This document shows positions 9,148 through 17,743 of a DNA stretch of 40,191 bases, in pieces. The position numbers and the translations under genes are program-made. Source of the DNA: Gemmatimonadota bacterium (lineage in GTDB: Bacteria > Gemmatimonadota > Gemmatimonadetes > Gemmatimonadales > GWC2-71-9); contig JBDHAB010000028.1 of NCBI GenBank assembly GCA_039588295.1, positions 1 to 40,191 on the forward strand, read 5' to 3'. Within the stretch, counting starts at the first letter, position 1. Each line of letters begins with the position of its first letter. A model generated the notes under the pieces. It worked only from the letters and a program-made list of their open reading frames with translations, made no database searches and was not told where the DNA came from.

Positions 9148-11586
9148 TTACCGACTGATCACCATCTTGCTCGTCGCCGTCACGCCAGCTGCCGTTACAC
9201 GGAAGAAATAGACACCGCTCGGGAGCGGGGCGTTGCGAGTGTCGCGGCCCTCGAAACCGATGGCCTGCCAGCCGGCGGGGACGTTGGAGCGCTGCTCCCT
9301 GTAAACGCGCCGACCGGCCACGTCGAAGACCTCCAGCAACACATCCGATGCTTCCGGCAGTCCGAGGCGAACGGAGGTCGTGTTGCTGAACGGGTTGGGC
9401 GAGTTGGGCAGTATCTGAAGGGCCATCGCTGTGGGCGAGTCGTCCTCGATGCCGGTCACCACGGCGTCCACCATGGCTTCATTGGAATCGCCGCTCTGGT
9501 TCTCGTGGATGTCCACCGCCACCACCCTGTAGTAGTAAGCGGTGCCGGGGTCGGCAGTGTTGTCGGTCGCTAGCGTGTCGGGCGCACTCATCAGAAAGTG
9601 ACCCGCGTCGGTGGGGAAGCCCGAGACCAGACCACGATACACCCAGTACTCCAGGAAATCCGGCTCGCTCAGCCCGCTGGGGCTCCAGTCCAGATCGACG
9701 TCGCTCCCGCCGGCGCGCGCCGCGGCGAGCAGGAATGGAGAGCCGGGAGCGACGTTGTCCACCGAGTAACCGCTGTCGGGATTTGACTCCCAGAATATGT
9801 ACTGATCCCACGTGTGGTGCGCGATCACGCGGAAATAGTGAATCCCGGGGTTCACGGACACTGAATCGAACTGTGTCGCGGCGGCAAAGCTGTATGCGGG
9901 CGAATAGGTGGAGATTTGTTCGCCGATCCACTGCCAGAAGAATTCGCCGGCCGCCGTGCGCTGCACCATGTACGTGTCGCGATCGAACGACGACCGCGCG
10001 GCGGTCGGGGCGACGACCTTGCCTCGTGCCTCGCCGCCGGCGGTGGCGGCCACGAATGCGGTCTGGTCGATCGCGCGCCATATCGAGTAGTTGCCGATGA
10101 GCTGCTCGTTGAGGTTGTCGCGACCGCTGGCCAGCCAGTTTACATTGACCATGCCGCCCTGATCCGCGGGGACGTCGTCGATCGACGACATGACGGGCTC
10201 GGGGTTGCCCCACTCGCCATACCGCCGGCCGATGCGCTGGGCGTACGCCAGGCCCCAGCCGGCACGGTTATCGTCGAACACGCAGATGAAACCACCGTCG
10301 GTGGTTTGCACCGTTCTCGGGTCGTGCTGGCTCTTCGCGGTGGCTCCGACGGGAACCCCGTTGTTGGTCCACTGGTTCTGCCCGAAGTCGTTGACGCGCT
10401 GTGCATAGACGTCGTTGGGTTCGGAACTGCTGCGGCCATCCGTCCATGCAATGACCGCGCCGCCCTCGCCGTCCATCGCGAGCGACGGGTCCACTTGGTC
10501 ACCGCTCGCGCCGCAGACCAGCACCCCGTTGAACTCCCACATCCCGAGGCCCGTCCCCGTTACGCGCTGGGTGTAGACTTCGTAGTCGGTCCCGTCGCGG
10601 AAGTCTTCCCAGGCGAGGATTCCTCCGCCGGCATCGTCCGATACGATCGCAACGCTTCGCTGGTCGTCCACGGCGACACAGAGGTTGATGCCTTGGGCGT
10701 TCCACTGCTCGGTCCCGCTCGCGTCGAACCTCTGGCCGAAGATGTCGTACTCGAAGTTGCGAAAATCCTCCCAGACGATGATGACGCCATTCGCCCCGTC
10801 CGTCGTCATTGCCTGGGTGCGCTGGTGTTCCGCCACGGTGACTACGGGCTCGCCGTCGATTTGCCACTGCGTGATACCCGAGCTGTTCACCCGTTGCACG
10901 TAGATGTCGTCGGCCAGGCCAGAGCGAAAATCCACCCATGATATGATGGCACCGTCGGCGTCGTCGGAGATGATCTCGGGCGAACCCTGATTGGAAAAAG
11001 CCGTGCACACGGGAACGCCGCCGAGCAACCACTGGTTGGCGCCGGCCGCGTTCAAACGCTGCGCGTAAATGTCGTTGGTCCCAAGGCGCGCGTCGGTCCA
11101 GGTAATGATGGCGCCTCCGGCGCCGTCACTCGCGATCGCCACCGTACGCTGCGTCGCCGCCTCGAACGTGATCTGCTCACCGTCCGCCGCCCACAGCACG
11201 TTACCGTTGGCATCTACGCGCCGCGCGTAGATGTCGAACCACGGTCCGCGCAGATCTTCCCACGCGGCGATGACACCGCCGGCGCCGTCCGACACGATTG
11301 CCGGTAGATCCTGATAACCGCTGGCCGTGCAGAGGGCGACACCGTTGGCGCCCCACATGACGTTGCCGCGCGAGTCCCAACGCTGGGCGTAGATGTCGTC
11401 GAGAAGGCTGCCGTATTGGAAGACGGCGATGACGCCGCCGGCACCGTCGCTGATCGCCCGGATGCTGTTGTTGTTCTCCGGATTGAGGATGCCCGGAACG
11501 CCGTTCTCGACCCAGTCGGCGCGGGCGCTGGCAGGCAAAAGGGCGAGCAGACACAGGGCGACGACGGAATACGAAAGACGCTTCAT
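9148..11586 (-). CDS. Secreted repeat (propeller-like) protein with an FN3-like domain and a C-terminal FlgD-Ig/T9SS-like sorting domain
   Basis: Signal peptide MKRLSYSVVALCLLALLPASARA. Eight ~54-aa repeats DGxGGxIxxWxDxR..DIYAQR. DVPADQGG domain, then an FN3-like YYYRVVAVD segment. CTD PNSPNPF...FDVAGRRV...LPSGVYF. Confidence 0.85.
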   Translation of the reverse strand: MKRLSYSVVALCLLALLPASARADWVENGVPGILNPENNNSIRAISDGAGGVIAVFQYGSLLDDIYAQRWDSRGNVMWGANGVALCTASGYQDLPAIVSDGAGGVIAAWEDLRGPWFDIYARRVDANGNVLWAADGEQITFEAATQRTVAIASDGAGGAIITWTDARLGTNDIYAQRLNAAGANQWLLGGVPVCTAFSNQGSPEIISDDADGAIISWVDFRSGLADDIYVQRVNSSGITQWQIDGEPVVTVAEHQRTQAMTTDGANGVIIVWEDFRNFEYDIFGQRFDASGTEQWNAQGINLCVAVDDQRSVAIVSDDAGGGILAWEDFRDGTDYEVYTQRVTGTGLGMWEFNGVLVCGASGDQVDPSLAMDGEGGAVIAWTDGRSSSEPNDVYAQRVNDFGQNQWTNNGVPVGATAKSQHDPRTVQTTDGGFICVFDDNRAGWGLAYAQRIGRRYGEWGNPEPVMSSIDDVPADQGGMVNVNWLASGRDNLNEQLIGNYSIWRAIDQTAFVAATAGGEARGKVVAPTAARSSFDRDTYMVQRTAAGEFFWQWIGEQISTYSPAYSFAAATQFDSVSVNPGIHYFRVIAHHTWDQYIFWESNPDSGYSVDNVAPGSPFLLAAARAGGSDVDLDWSPSGLSEPDFLEYWVYRGLVSGFPTDAGHFLMSAPDTLATDNTADPGTAYYYRVVAVDIHENQSGDSNEAMVDAVVTGIEDDSPTAMALQILPNSPNPFSNTTSVRLGLPEASDVLLEVFDVAGRRVYREQRSNVPAGWQAIGFEGRDTRNAPLPSGVYFFRVTAAGVTATSKMVISR

Positions 11587-11632
11587 GGGGAACCCCGAGG
11601 TTAGGATGGCGGGAAGCACGATTGAGCGGGCT

Positions 11633-11715
11633 ATCATAACATAGTGGCAACTAACTTGTAAAGGAAACGGGCGCGGCGGCTCGACTTTGACCTCGACGGG
11701 GTTCGCTGCTATCAT
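11633..11715. promoter_or_regulatory. Divergent sigma70-like promoter pair
   Basis: Minus strand TTTACA-N18-TATGAT (11662-11633); plus strand TTGACC-N17-TATCAT (11687-11715); both have an extended TG. Confidence 0.55.
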
Positions 11716-11751
11716 CTGCCAGCCCGAGCAGCCGCGAGAGAAGGTCAAAGC

Positions 11752-14004
11752 GTGATAGGCAAGTCGCTGGCACACTACGATATTCTGGATACCATCGGGT
11801 CCGGTGGTATGGGAGAGGTCTATCGCGCCCGCGACCAGAAGCTGGGGCGCGACGTGGCGGTCAAGCTGCTCCCCAGCGCTCTGCGCCGTGACGAAAAGGC
11901 ACTCGCACGCTTCAAACGAGAGGCCAAAGCCCTGGCCGCTCTGAACCATCCCAACATCGTCACGATCCACTCCATAGAAGAAGACAAGGAGGAACTGTTT
12001 CTCACTATGGAACTGGTGGAAGGCAAATCGCTCGGCGGTCTCATCCGTAGCCGAGGGATGGAAATGAACGAGTTTTTGAAGATCGCCGTTCCACTGGCGG
12101 ACGCACTGGCGGCAGGGCATGCCAAAGGCGTCATCCATCGTGATCTGAAGCCGTCCAACGTAATGATCACCGATGCCGGGCGGGTCAAAGTGCTCGACTA
12201 CGGGGTGGCCCTGGTCATGCATGAGAGCAATCTGACGGACGCAGACATGACGGTTGGTACGGCTGCGTATATGTCCCCCGAACAGATCTCTGGCGGCGAG
12301 ATAGACGGACGTTCGGATATGTTTGCGCTAGGAATCATCTTCTATGAACTGTTGTCCGGGATGCGGCCGTTTCGCGGTGATCATCCGGCGGCGATCATGT
12401 ACAGCATCGTGAATGAGGAAGCGCCGCGCGTGCCTGGTCAGCCGGAATCCGTGGCGGATGTCGTCCACCGGTGCCTCGAGAAAGCGCGCGGGGATCGCTT
12501 CGCCAGCGCGGATGAGCTTCTGCAGGCCCTGCAGGAACTGGCGACTACGCCGGCGACGCACGCCGAATCTGTTCAGTCGGGTTCTCCGTCACCAGAGATT
12601 CGAGCTGCCTACGATCGGGGAGACTTCCAGGAGGCCTACCGCGTTCTCCACGCGGTGCAGGAACAGCGAAACCTTTCGGCCGAAGAACTGGAGATGCTGG
12701 CTGCGAGCATGCTGTGGATCAGCAAGATCAAAGAGGGCGTTCAGACGAGAGAGAAGGCCTATACGGCCTACTCGAGATCTGGACGGAACATCGCTGCGGC
12801 CAGGGTAGCACTGGATCTGGTCGCAGATTACATCGAGAAGGGCTCGAGCACCGTAGCGCGCGGGTGGCTGAGGCGCGCGGAACGTCTTCTGCAAAACGAA
12901 CCGGAGTGCCGTGAACACGGGTACCTGCTTCGCCGGCAGACGGCGGATGCGCTCGGCAAGGGCGATTTCGCTCGCGCGATGGAGCTCAACCGACAATGCG
13001 GCGACATCGCTGCCCGCGTCAGCGACGTTGATCTGCAGGTGACCGCGCTTCACGATCGCGGTCAGATTCTCATCGCCCGCGGTGACGTCGAAGAAGGTAC
13101 CGATCTCGTAGATGAAGCCATGGCTTCCGCGGTGAGCGGGGAGTTGGGTCCGTTCACGACAGGCGCTCTCTACTGCAGAACGATGATGGTATGCAAATCG
13201 ATAGCCGATTACCACAGAGCGCGGGAGTGGAGCGAGGCCGCGCGGCGCTGGTGCGAGCCCTACACGGCATCGACCTTCCCCGGAGTGTGCCGGGTGCACA
13301 GTGCGGAGGCCATGCGCCACCAGGGTCTGTGGGACGATGCGGAACACGCCGCGCGGACTGCATGCGAAGATTTCATGAGAGTCGGTCAAGAAAACCACGC
13401 GGGGGAGGCGTTCATCGAAATCGGGGAGCTGGCACTGCGCAAGGGGAATTACCAGGAGGCGGAAGATGCGTTCCGGCAGGCACACGAACGCGGCCACGAT
13501 CCGGTTCCCGGACTGCCTCTACTGCGACTGGCGCAGGGAAACGGCCGGGCCGCCCAACAAACCATCAAGCGCGCACTGGGCGAGTGCGCGGACAATCGCC
13601 TCCGGCGGGCGAAACTGCTCGCGGCCGGCATCGCCATCGCCATCGCCAACGGAAAACTCTCGGCTGCCGAAGCTGCCGTCGAAGAGCTTTCCGCCTTATC
13701 GCAGGACTTTGGTTGTAGGGCGTTCCAGGCGCACGCCCTGATGGGCCGCGGCGCCCTCGAGCTGCAACGAGGCAACAACAATGTCGCCACTCCGGTGCTG
13801 CGCGAGGCGTGGTCGATGTTCAATGAAATGGGCTTTCCGTACGATGCGGCGCGCGCACGAACTCTCATGGCCGAGGCATACCTCAAGACCGGCAACAAAG
13901 AGGACGCCAGGCTGCAGCTCGAGGCGGCATGCAAGACCTTCGGCGAACTGGGGGCCAAGCCGGATCTGGAGGTTGCTGCTGGGATGATCAAGAAGTCAAC
14001 TTAG
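11752..14004 (+). CDS. Hanks-type Ser/Thr protein kinase with a C-terminal MalT-like TPR domain
   Basis: IGSGGMGEVY, VAVK, HRDLKPSN, DYG (in place of DFG), GTAAYMSPEQ, then ~470 aa of helical repeats; no TM segment seen. Confidence 0.92.
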   Translation: MIGKSLAHYDILDTIGSGGMGEVYRARDQKLGRDVAVKLLPSALRRDEKALARFKREAKALAALNHPNIVTIHSIEEDKEELFLTMELVEGKSLGGLIRSRGMEMNEFLKIAVPLADALAAGHAKGVIHRDLKPSNVMITDAGRVKVLDYGVALVMHESNLTDADMTVGTAAYMSPEQISGGEIDGRSDMFALGIIFYELLSGMRPFRGDHPAAIMYSIVNEEAPRVPGQPESVADVVHRCLEKARGDRFASADELLQALQELATTPATHAESVQSGSPSPEIRAAYDRGDFQEAYRVLHAVQEQRNLSAEELEMLAASMLWISKIKEGVQTREKAYTAYSRSGRNIAAARVALDLVADYIEKGSSTVARGWLRRAERLLQNEPECREHGYLLRRQTADALGKGDFARAMELNRQCGDIAARVSDVDLQVTALHDRGQILIARGDVEEGTDLVDEAMASAVSGELGPFTTGALYCRTMMVCKSIADYHRAREWSEAARRWCEPYTASTFPGVCRVHSAEAMRHQGLWDDAEHAARTACEDFMRVGQENHAGEAFIEIGELALRKGNYQEAEDAFRQAHERGHDPVPGLPLLRLAQGNGRAAQQTIKRALGECADNRLRRAKLLAAGIAIAIANGKLSAAEAAVEELSALSQDFGCRAFQAHALMGRGALELQRGNNNVATPVLREAWSMFNEMGFPYDAARARTLMAEAYLKTGNKEDARLQLEAACKTFGELGAKPDLEVAAGMIKKST

Positions 14005-14019
14005 CCTCACGACTGCGAC

Positions 14020-15159
14020 ATGTCTGTTCGTACGATTGCACGCCTCGCTACCGTCGGCCTTAGCCTCCTGGCCGCCGCCGTAACGGCGTGGGGAGAGGCA
14101 GCACGGTCCTTGTCCTTCCGGCCGATGTACGAATCCGGACACGTCGAATTCGTCGAAGACGTGCGCTTCGGAAACGACGACGACGACGATCCCGGCGTGC
14201 TCTACCGCCCGCTCGGCTACTGCGTCGACGCCGAGGGAAATGTCTTTGTCCTCGATTACCATCTGACCTGCGTCAAGAAGTTCAACCGCGACGGCGAGTA
14301 CGTGCGAACCTTCTCGCGTCGAGGCGAGGGGCCCGGCGAGCTGGCGCGCCCGCGCAACCTGACGGTGACGGCGGACGGGCGAGTAGTGGTCTTCAATCTG
14401 AGCGGCCATCGCTTCAGCGTCTTCAGCAACGACGGAGACTACCTCGACGCGCATAGATTCAACGGGTCCGTGCGACAGCTCGAGTCGGCTCCCGACGGTT
14501 CCATTATCGCGATGTTCCGCTTTCTGCAGCACGGGTGGGTCCAGAAGGGGGCTCTGTACAAGGTCATGCGCTTCTCTCCCGATCTTAGCGCCCACGCCGA
14601 CATCGACTCCGCGTACGTGAAGATCGAGCAGGTCGTGCACGAGACGGACGACGCCATCATGAAAGCCCTCAGCCCGTTCGTGACGCAGCCGCACGTCGCC
14701 GTTTCTCCGCTGGGACGGATCGTGGTCGGTCACAGCGAGGCGTACGTGCTGAAGGTGCTGTCACTCGATCTGGAGCCGGTCCGGAAGATCGAGAGAGACG
14801 CCGGTCGCGAACCGATCACCGAGCGCGATCGCGAAGACTACCTGTCGCGCTACGCCGACGATCCCAACTTCCAGATCCTGGTGCGGGAGAACGTGAAGTT
14901 CCCCAAGTACAAGCCATTCTTCAAGCGCATCGCGGTCGATCACGAGGGCCACATAATCGTGGAGATCTATGCGGATCCCGCACCGGATGGCCGAGCCGTA
15001 CACGACGTGTTCGATCCGGCCGGTGACTTTGTCAACCGGGTGACCATGCGCTCCGGATTGGGTTTCCGGGACGGATTCGCATATGCGATGATGACGGGAG
15101 AGCGCGAGGCCCCCGCCGTCGTGCGTTACCGGGCCGTGAGACCGGAGTCCGATGACTGA
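14020..15159 (+). CDS. Exported 6-bladed beta-propeller (NHL/TolB-like) protein
   Basis: Signal peptide; VDAEGNVFVLD, KKFNRDGEYVRTFSRRGEGPGE and DVFDPAGDFV motifs. Confidence 0.8.
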   Translation: MSVRTIARLATVGLSLLAAAVTAWGEAARSLSFRPMYESGHVEFVEDVRFGNDDDDDPGVLYRPLGYCVDAEGNVFVLDYHLTCVKKFNRDGEYVRTFSRRGEGPGELARPRNLTVTADGRVVVFNLSGHRFSVFSNDGDYLDAHRFNGSVRQLESAPDGSIIAMFRFLQHGWVQKGALYKVMRFSPDLSAHADIDSAYVKIEQVVHETDDAIMKALSPFVTQPHVAVSPLGRIVVGHSEAYVLKVLSLDLEPVRKIERDAGREPITERDREDYLSRYADDPNFQILVRENVKFPKYKPFFKRIAVDHEGHIIVEIYADPAPDGRAVHDVFDPAGDFVNRVTMRSGLGFRDGFAYAMMTGEREAPAVVRYRAVRPESDD

Positions 15160-15784
15160 TAATCCGACAAGAGTGATCGAATTTGCCGACGTCTCCTGCG
15201 TAGAGGACGGCCGTACGGTGCTTGAGGGCGTAACGATGGCGGTACGCGCGGGGGAAGTGGTGGCGCTGACGGGCGCGACCCGCGCCGGCAAGACGCGCGT
15301 CCTCGAGATGGCGCTGGGCCAGCGCCCGCCCGCGTCGGGCACGGTGAGCGTGCTGGGACGGGCGCCGGCGGGGGAGGCGGCCGAGGTTCGTAGCCAGCTG
15401 GGGAGCGTGGGGGAGGCGCCCGAGTTTCCGCCTTTCCTGCGGGTGGACGACGTGCTCGACATTCACCGCTCGCTCAACACACGCTGGGATTCGGAGCGCG
15501 CGACGGCGCTGCTGGAGAGCCTGGCCGTTTCGCGCCGGGCGCTGGCCGGTTCGCTCACGCTTCGCGAGCGGCGACGCCTGGCGCTGGTCTGCGCGGTGGC
15601 AGGCGCGCCCGAAATCCTCGTGATCGACGAGGCGGAGGGTGATACAGAAGAGACGGCGGCGCTGATCGAGGCGGCGCTGGAGGCGACGGCGACGGAGCGA
15701 CCGGCCATCCTGTACGCCACGCGCGCGGACGCGCCGCCGGTTGGCCGCGCCATCAAGCTGCCCCAATCGGCCCGCCCCGGATAA
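15152..15784 (+). CDS. Degenerate ABC-type ATP-binding protein
   Basis: Walker A-like GATRAGKT and Walker B ILVIDE are present. The signature is LTLRE instead of LSGGQ, the H-loop is altered and the protein is short. Confidence 0.65.
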   Translation: MTDNPTRVIEFADVSCVEDGRTVLEGVTMAVRAGEVVALTGATRAGKTRVLEMALGQRPPASGTVSVLGRAPAGEAAEVRSQLGSVGEAPEFPPFLRVDDVLDIHRSLNTRWDSERATALLESLAVSRRALAGSLTLRERRRLALVCAVAGAPEILVIDEAEGDTEETAALIEAALEATATERPAILYATRADAPPVGRAIKLPQSARPG

Positions 15785-15797
15785 GGGGGAGGGCGAC

Positions 15798-16310
15798 GTG
15801 CCCGTACGGGAGATTCTCCGGCTCGGCAATCCCGCGCTCTACGAACGATGCGCGGCCGTGCGTCTGGACGAGGTCGACGCGCTGCGCCCCGTGGTCCGCG
15901 ATCTGCACGACACCCTGCTGGACTTTCGCGCGCGCCACGGCGCGGGGCGCGCCGTCGCGGCCCCCCAGATCGGCGTGATGAAGCGGCTCGTCTACATGCA
16001 CATCGACGAACCCGCCGTCTTCATCAATCCCGTCCTCGACGAGGTGAGCCCCGAGACCTTCGAGCTCTGGGACGACTGCATGAGCTTCCCCGACCTTCTC
16101 GTGCGCGTGGCGCGGCACCGCTCGTGCCGCATCACCTACCGCGACCTCGACTGGAACGAACACCGGCGCGTCCTCCACGATGACCTTTCCGAGCTGTTGC
16201 AACACGAGTGCGACCACCTCGACGGCATCCTCGCCGTGGCCCGCGCGGTGGGGCCGCGGGCGTTCGCACTCCGTAGTCAGCGCGAGCGAGTGCCCAGGAA
16301 GGGGCGATGA
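15798..16310 (+). CDS. def: Peptide deformylase (atypical motifs)
   Basis: GRAVAAPQIG, FINP, DDCMS, QHECDHLDG; GTG start after GGGGAGG. Confidence 0.85.
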   Translation: MPVREILRLGNPALYERCAAVRLDEVDALRPVVRDLHDTLLDFRARHGAGRAVAAPQIGVMKRLVYMHIDEPAVFINPVLDEVSPETFELWDDCMSFPDLLVRVARHRSCRITYRDLDWNEHRRVLHDDLSELLQHECDHLDGILAVARAVGPRAFALRSQRERVPRKGR

Positions 16311-16430
16311 AGCGGGATCCGATCGCATGGCTCCTCGACGTCCTCGACGGCGGGCTGCAGCGCGACGGTGGCATAGACTATGCATGGAGGGGGAAGAGCG
16401 AGGCCTGGTGGAGCGGCGGCAAGGGTCCTG

Positions 16431-16459
16431 TAGACGGCTAACGACGCGGCCGCTATCAT
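16431..16459 (+). promoter_or_regulatory. Putative sigma70 promoter
   Basis: TAGACG-N17-TATCAT, about 50 nt upstream of ATG 16511. Confidence 0.4.
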
Positions 16460-16510
16460 GGAGCGCCCTTGGCGAACTCGACACCGGCCTTCACCAGAAA
16501 GGGGCGCGCC

Positions 16511-17725
16511 ATGCATTCCGCCACCGCTTTGCGCACGTTATTTGCCGCCGCGGTTCTGTCGCTCTCGTCGTTCGCGAGCACCGCATCCGCGCAATGCACC
16601 GAGACGACCGCGCAGAACTACACGGGGGCGGGCCAGATCGTTTGCCCCTGCTTCATCCCCAACGAGCAAGCTGGCGCGGTGTTCACGTTGATGCCGGCTG
16701 AATACCCGATCCAGATCCTACGCGTGGGCATCGGCTGGGCTTCTACATTCGGTGGCGCCCCGACCACTCTGGAGAACGCGATCAAGATCTACAATGGCGG
16801 GCTGCCCGACCCGGGAACGCCGGCTTACACGCTTCCGGGGCCGCAGCTCGTGGACGGCTTCATAAACGAGTTCGACCTGCAGGCGCAGCTCGGTGTGGTG
16901 ACCATCGCTTCCGGGCCGTTCACGGTGACGCTGGAGTTTCTCAATTCCAATTCCGGCGACCTATTCGCGCCCAGTGTCATCCACGACGGCAACGGATGCC
17001 AGGCCGAGAAGAACGTCGTGTTCGCGATTCCCGGCGGGTGGTTCGACGCGTGTGTGCTGGGCGTCACCGGCGACTGGGTCTTCTACGTGGTCTATCAGTC
17101 GCTGCAGGGGATCGGCGTGGCCACGCCCACGTCCGTCGACCTGGACAGCGTGGCCGTTAATGTGCCCACCTGCGAGACGATCACCATCATGAACACCGGT
17201 TGCGATACCCTGAGCATCGCCGGCATCTCCGGCTGCTCCTCGGCGCCGTTCAGCTTGGACACCACGATGACGGCCCACTCCATTCCGCCCTCGGGGTCGA
17301 CGCAGCTCGACGTCTGTGTCACGCCGACGATGCAGGGGCCGGACAACTGCCAGGTGGTGGTAGCCCACGACGGCGTGGGCGGATCGACATCGATTCCCGT
17401 GCAGCTCGGACTCGTCACCGCCGTGCAGGGGGCGGGTGCGCCGGAGGCGCTGCGCGTCCTTTCCATCCATCCCAACCCGTTCAACCCCTCCGCAACACTG
17501 CGCTTCGAGATCGGCGAGCGCGCGGCCGTAGTCGCCGACGTGTGGTCGGTGACGGGTGAGCGCGTGAAGGTGCTGGCGGACAACGTCACCTTCGACGCCG
17601 GTGAGAACGCGCTCGTGTGGGATGGCACCAACGCGCGGGGAGAAGCGGCCGCCTCGGGCGTCTACTACTTCCGCGTCTCCACCCGGCTGGGCCACCAAAC
17701 GGTGCGGGCGGTGCTGCTGAAATAG
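16511..17725 (+). CDS. Secreted protein with an ASH/Ig-like domain and a C-terminal FlgD-Ig/T9SS-like domain
   Basis: Signal peptide ending ASA-Q; Cys-containing N-domain; ITIMNTG..L.I Ig-like domain; CTD HPNPFNPS...WDGTNARG..AASGVYYFR. Confidence 0.82.
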   Translation: MHSATALRTLFAAAVLSLSSFASTASAQCTETTAQNYTGAGQIVCPCFIPNEQAGAVFTLMPAEYPIQILRVGIGWASTFGGAPTTLENAIKIYNGGLPDPGTPAYTLPGPQLVDGFINEFDLQAQLGVVTIASGPFTVTLEFLNSNSGDLFAPSVIHDGNGCQAEKNVVFAIPGGWFDACVLGVTGDWVFYVVYQSLQGIGVATPTSVDLDSVAVNVPTCETITIMNTGCDTLSIAGISGCSSAPFSLDTTMTAHSIPPSGSTQLDVCVTPTMQGPDNCQVVVAHDGVGGSTSIPVQLGLVTAVQGAGAPEALRVLSIHPNPFNPSATLRFEIGERAAVVADVWSVTGERVKVLADNVTFDAGENALVWDGTNARGEAAASGVYYFRVSTRLGHQTVRAVLLK

Positions 17726-17743
17726 CGGCGGTGGCGCGGGCTC

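Noticed and set aside
11587..12222. N-terminal extension of the 1024-aa minus-strand ORF
   Set aside because: It is the antisense shadow of the kinase gene. The signal peptide and promoter place the real start at 11586.
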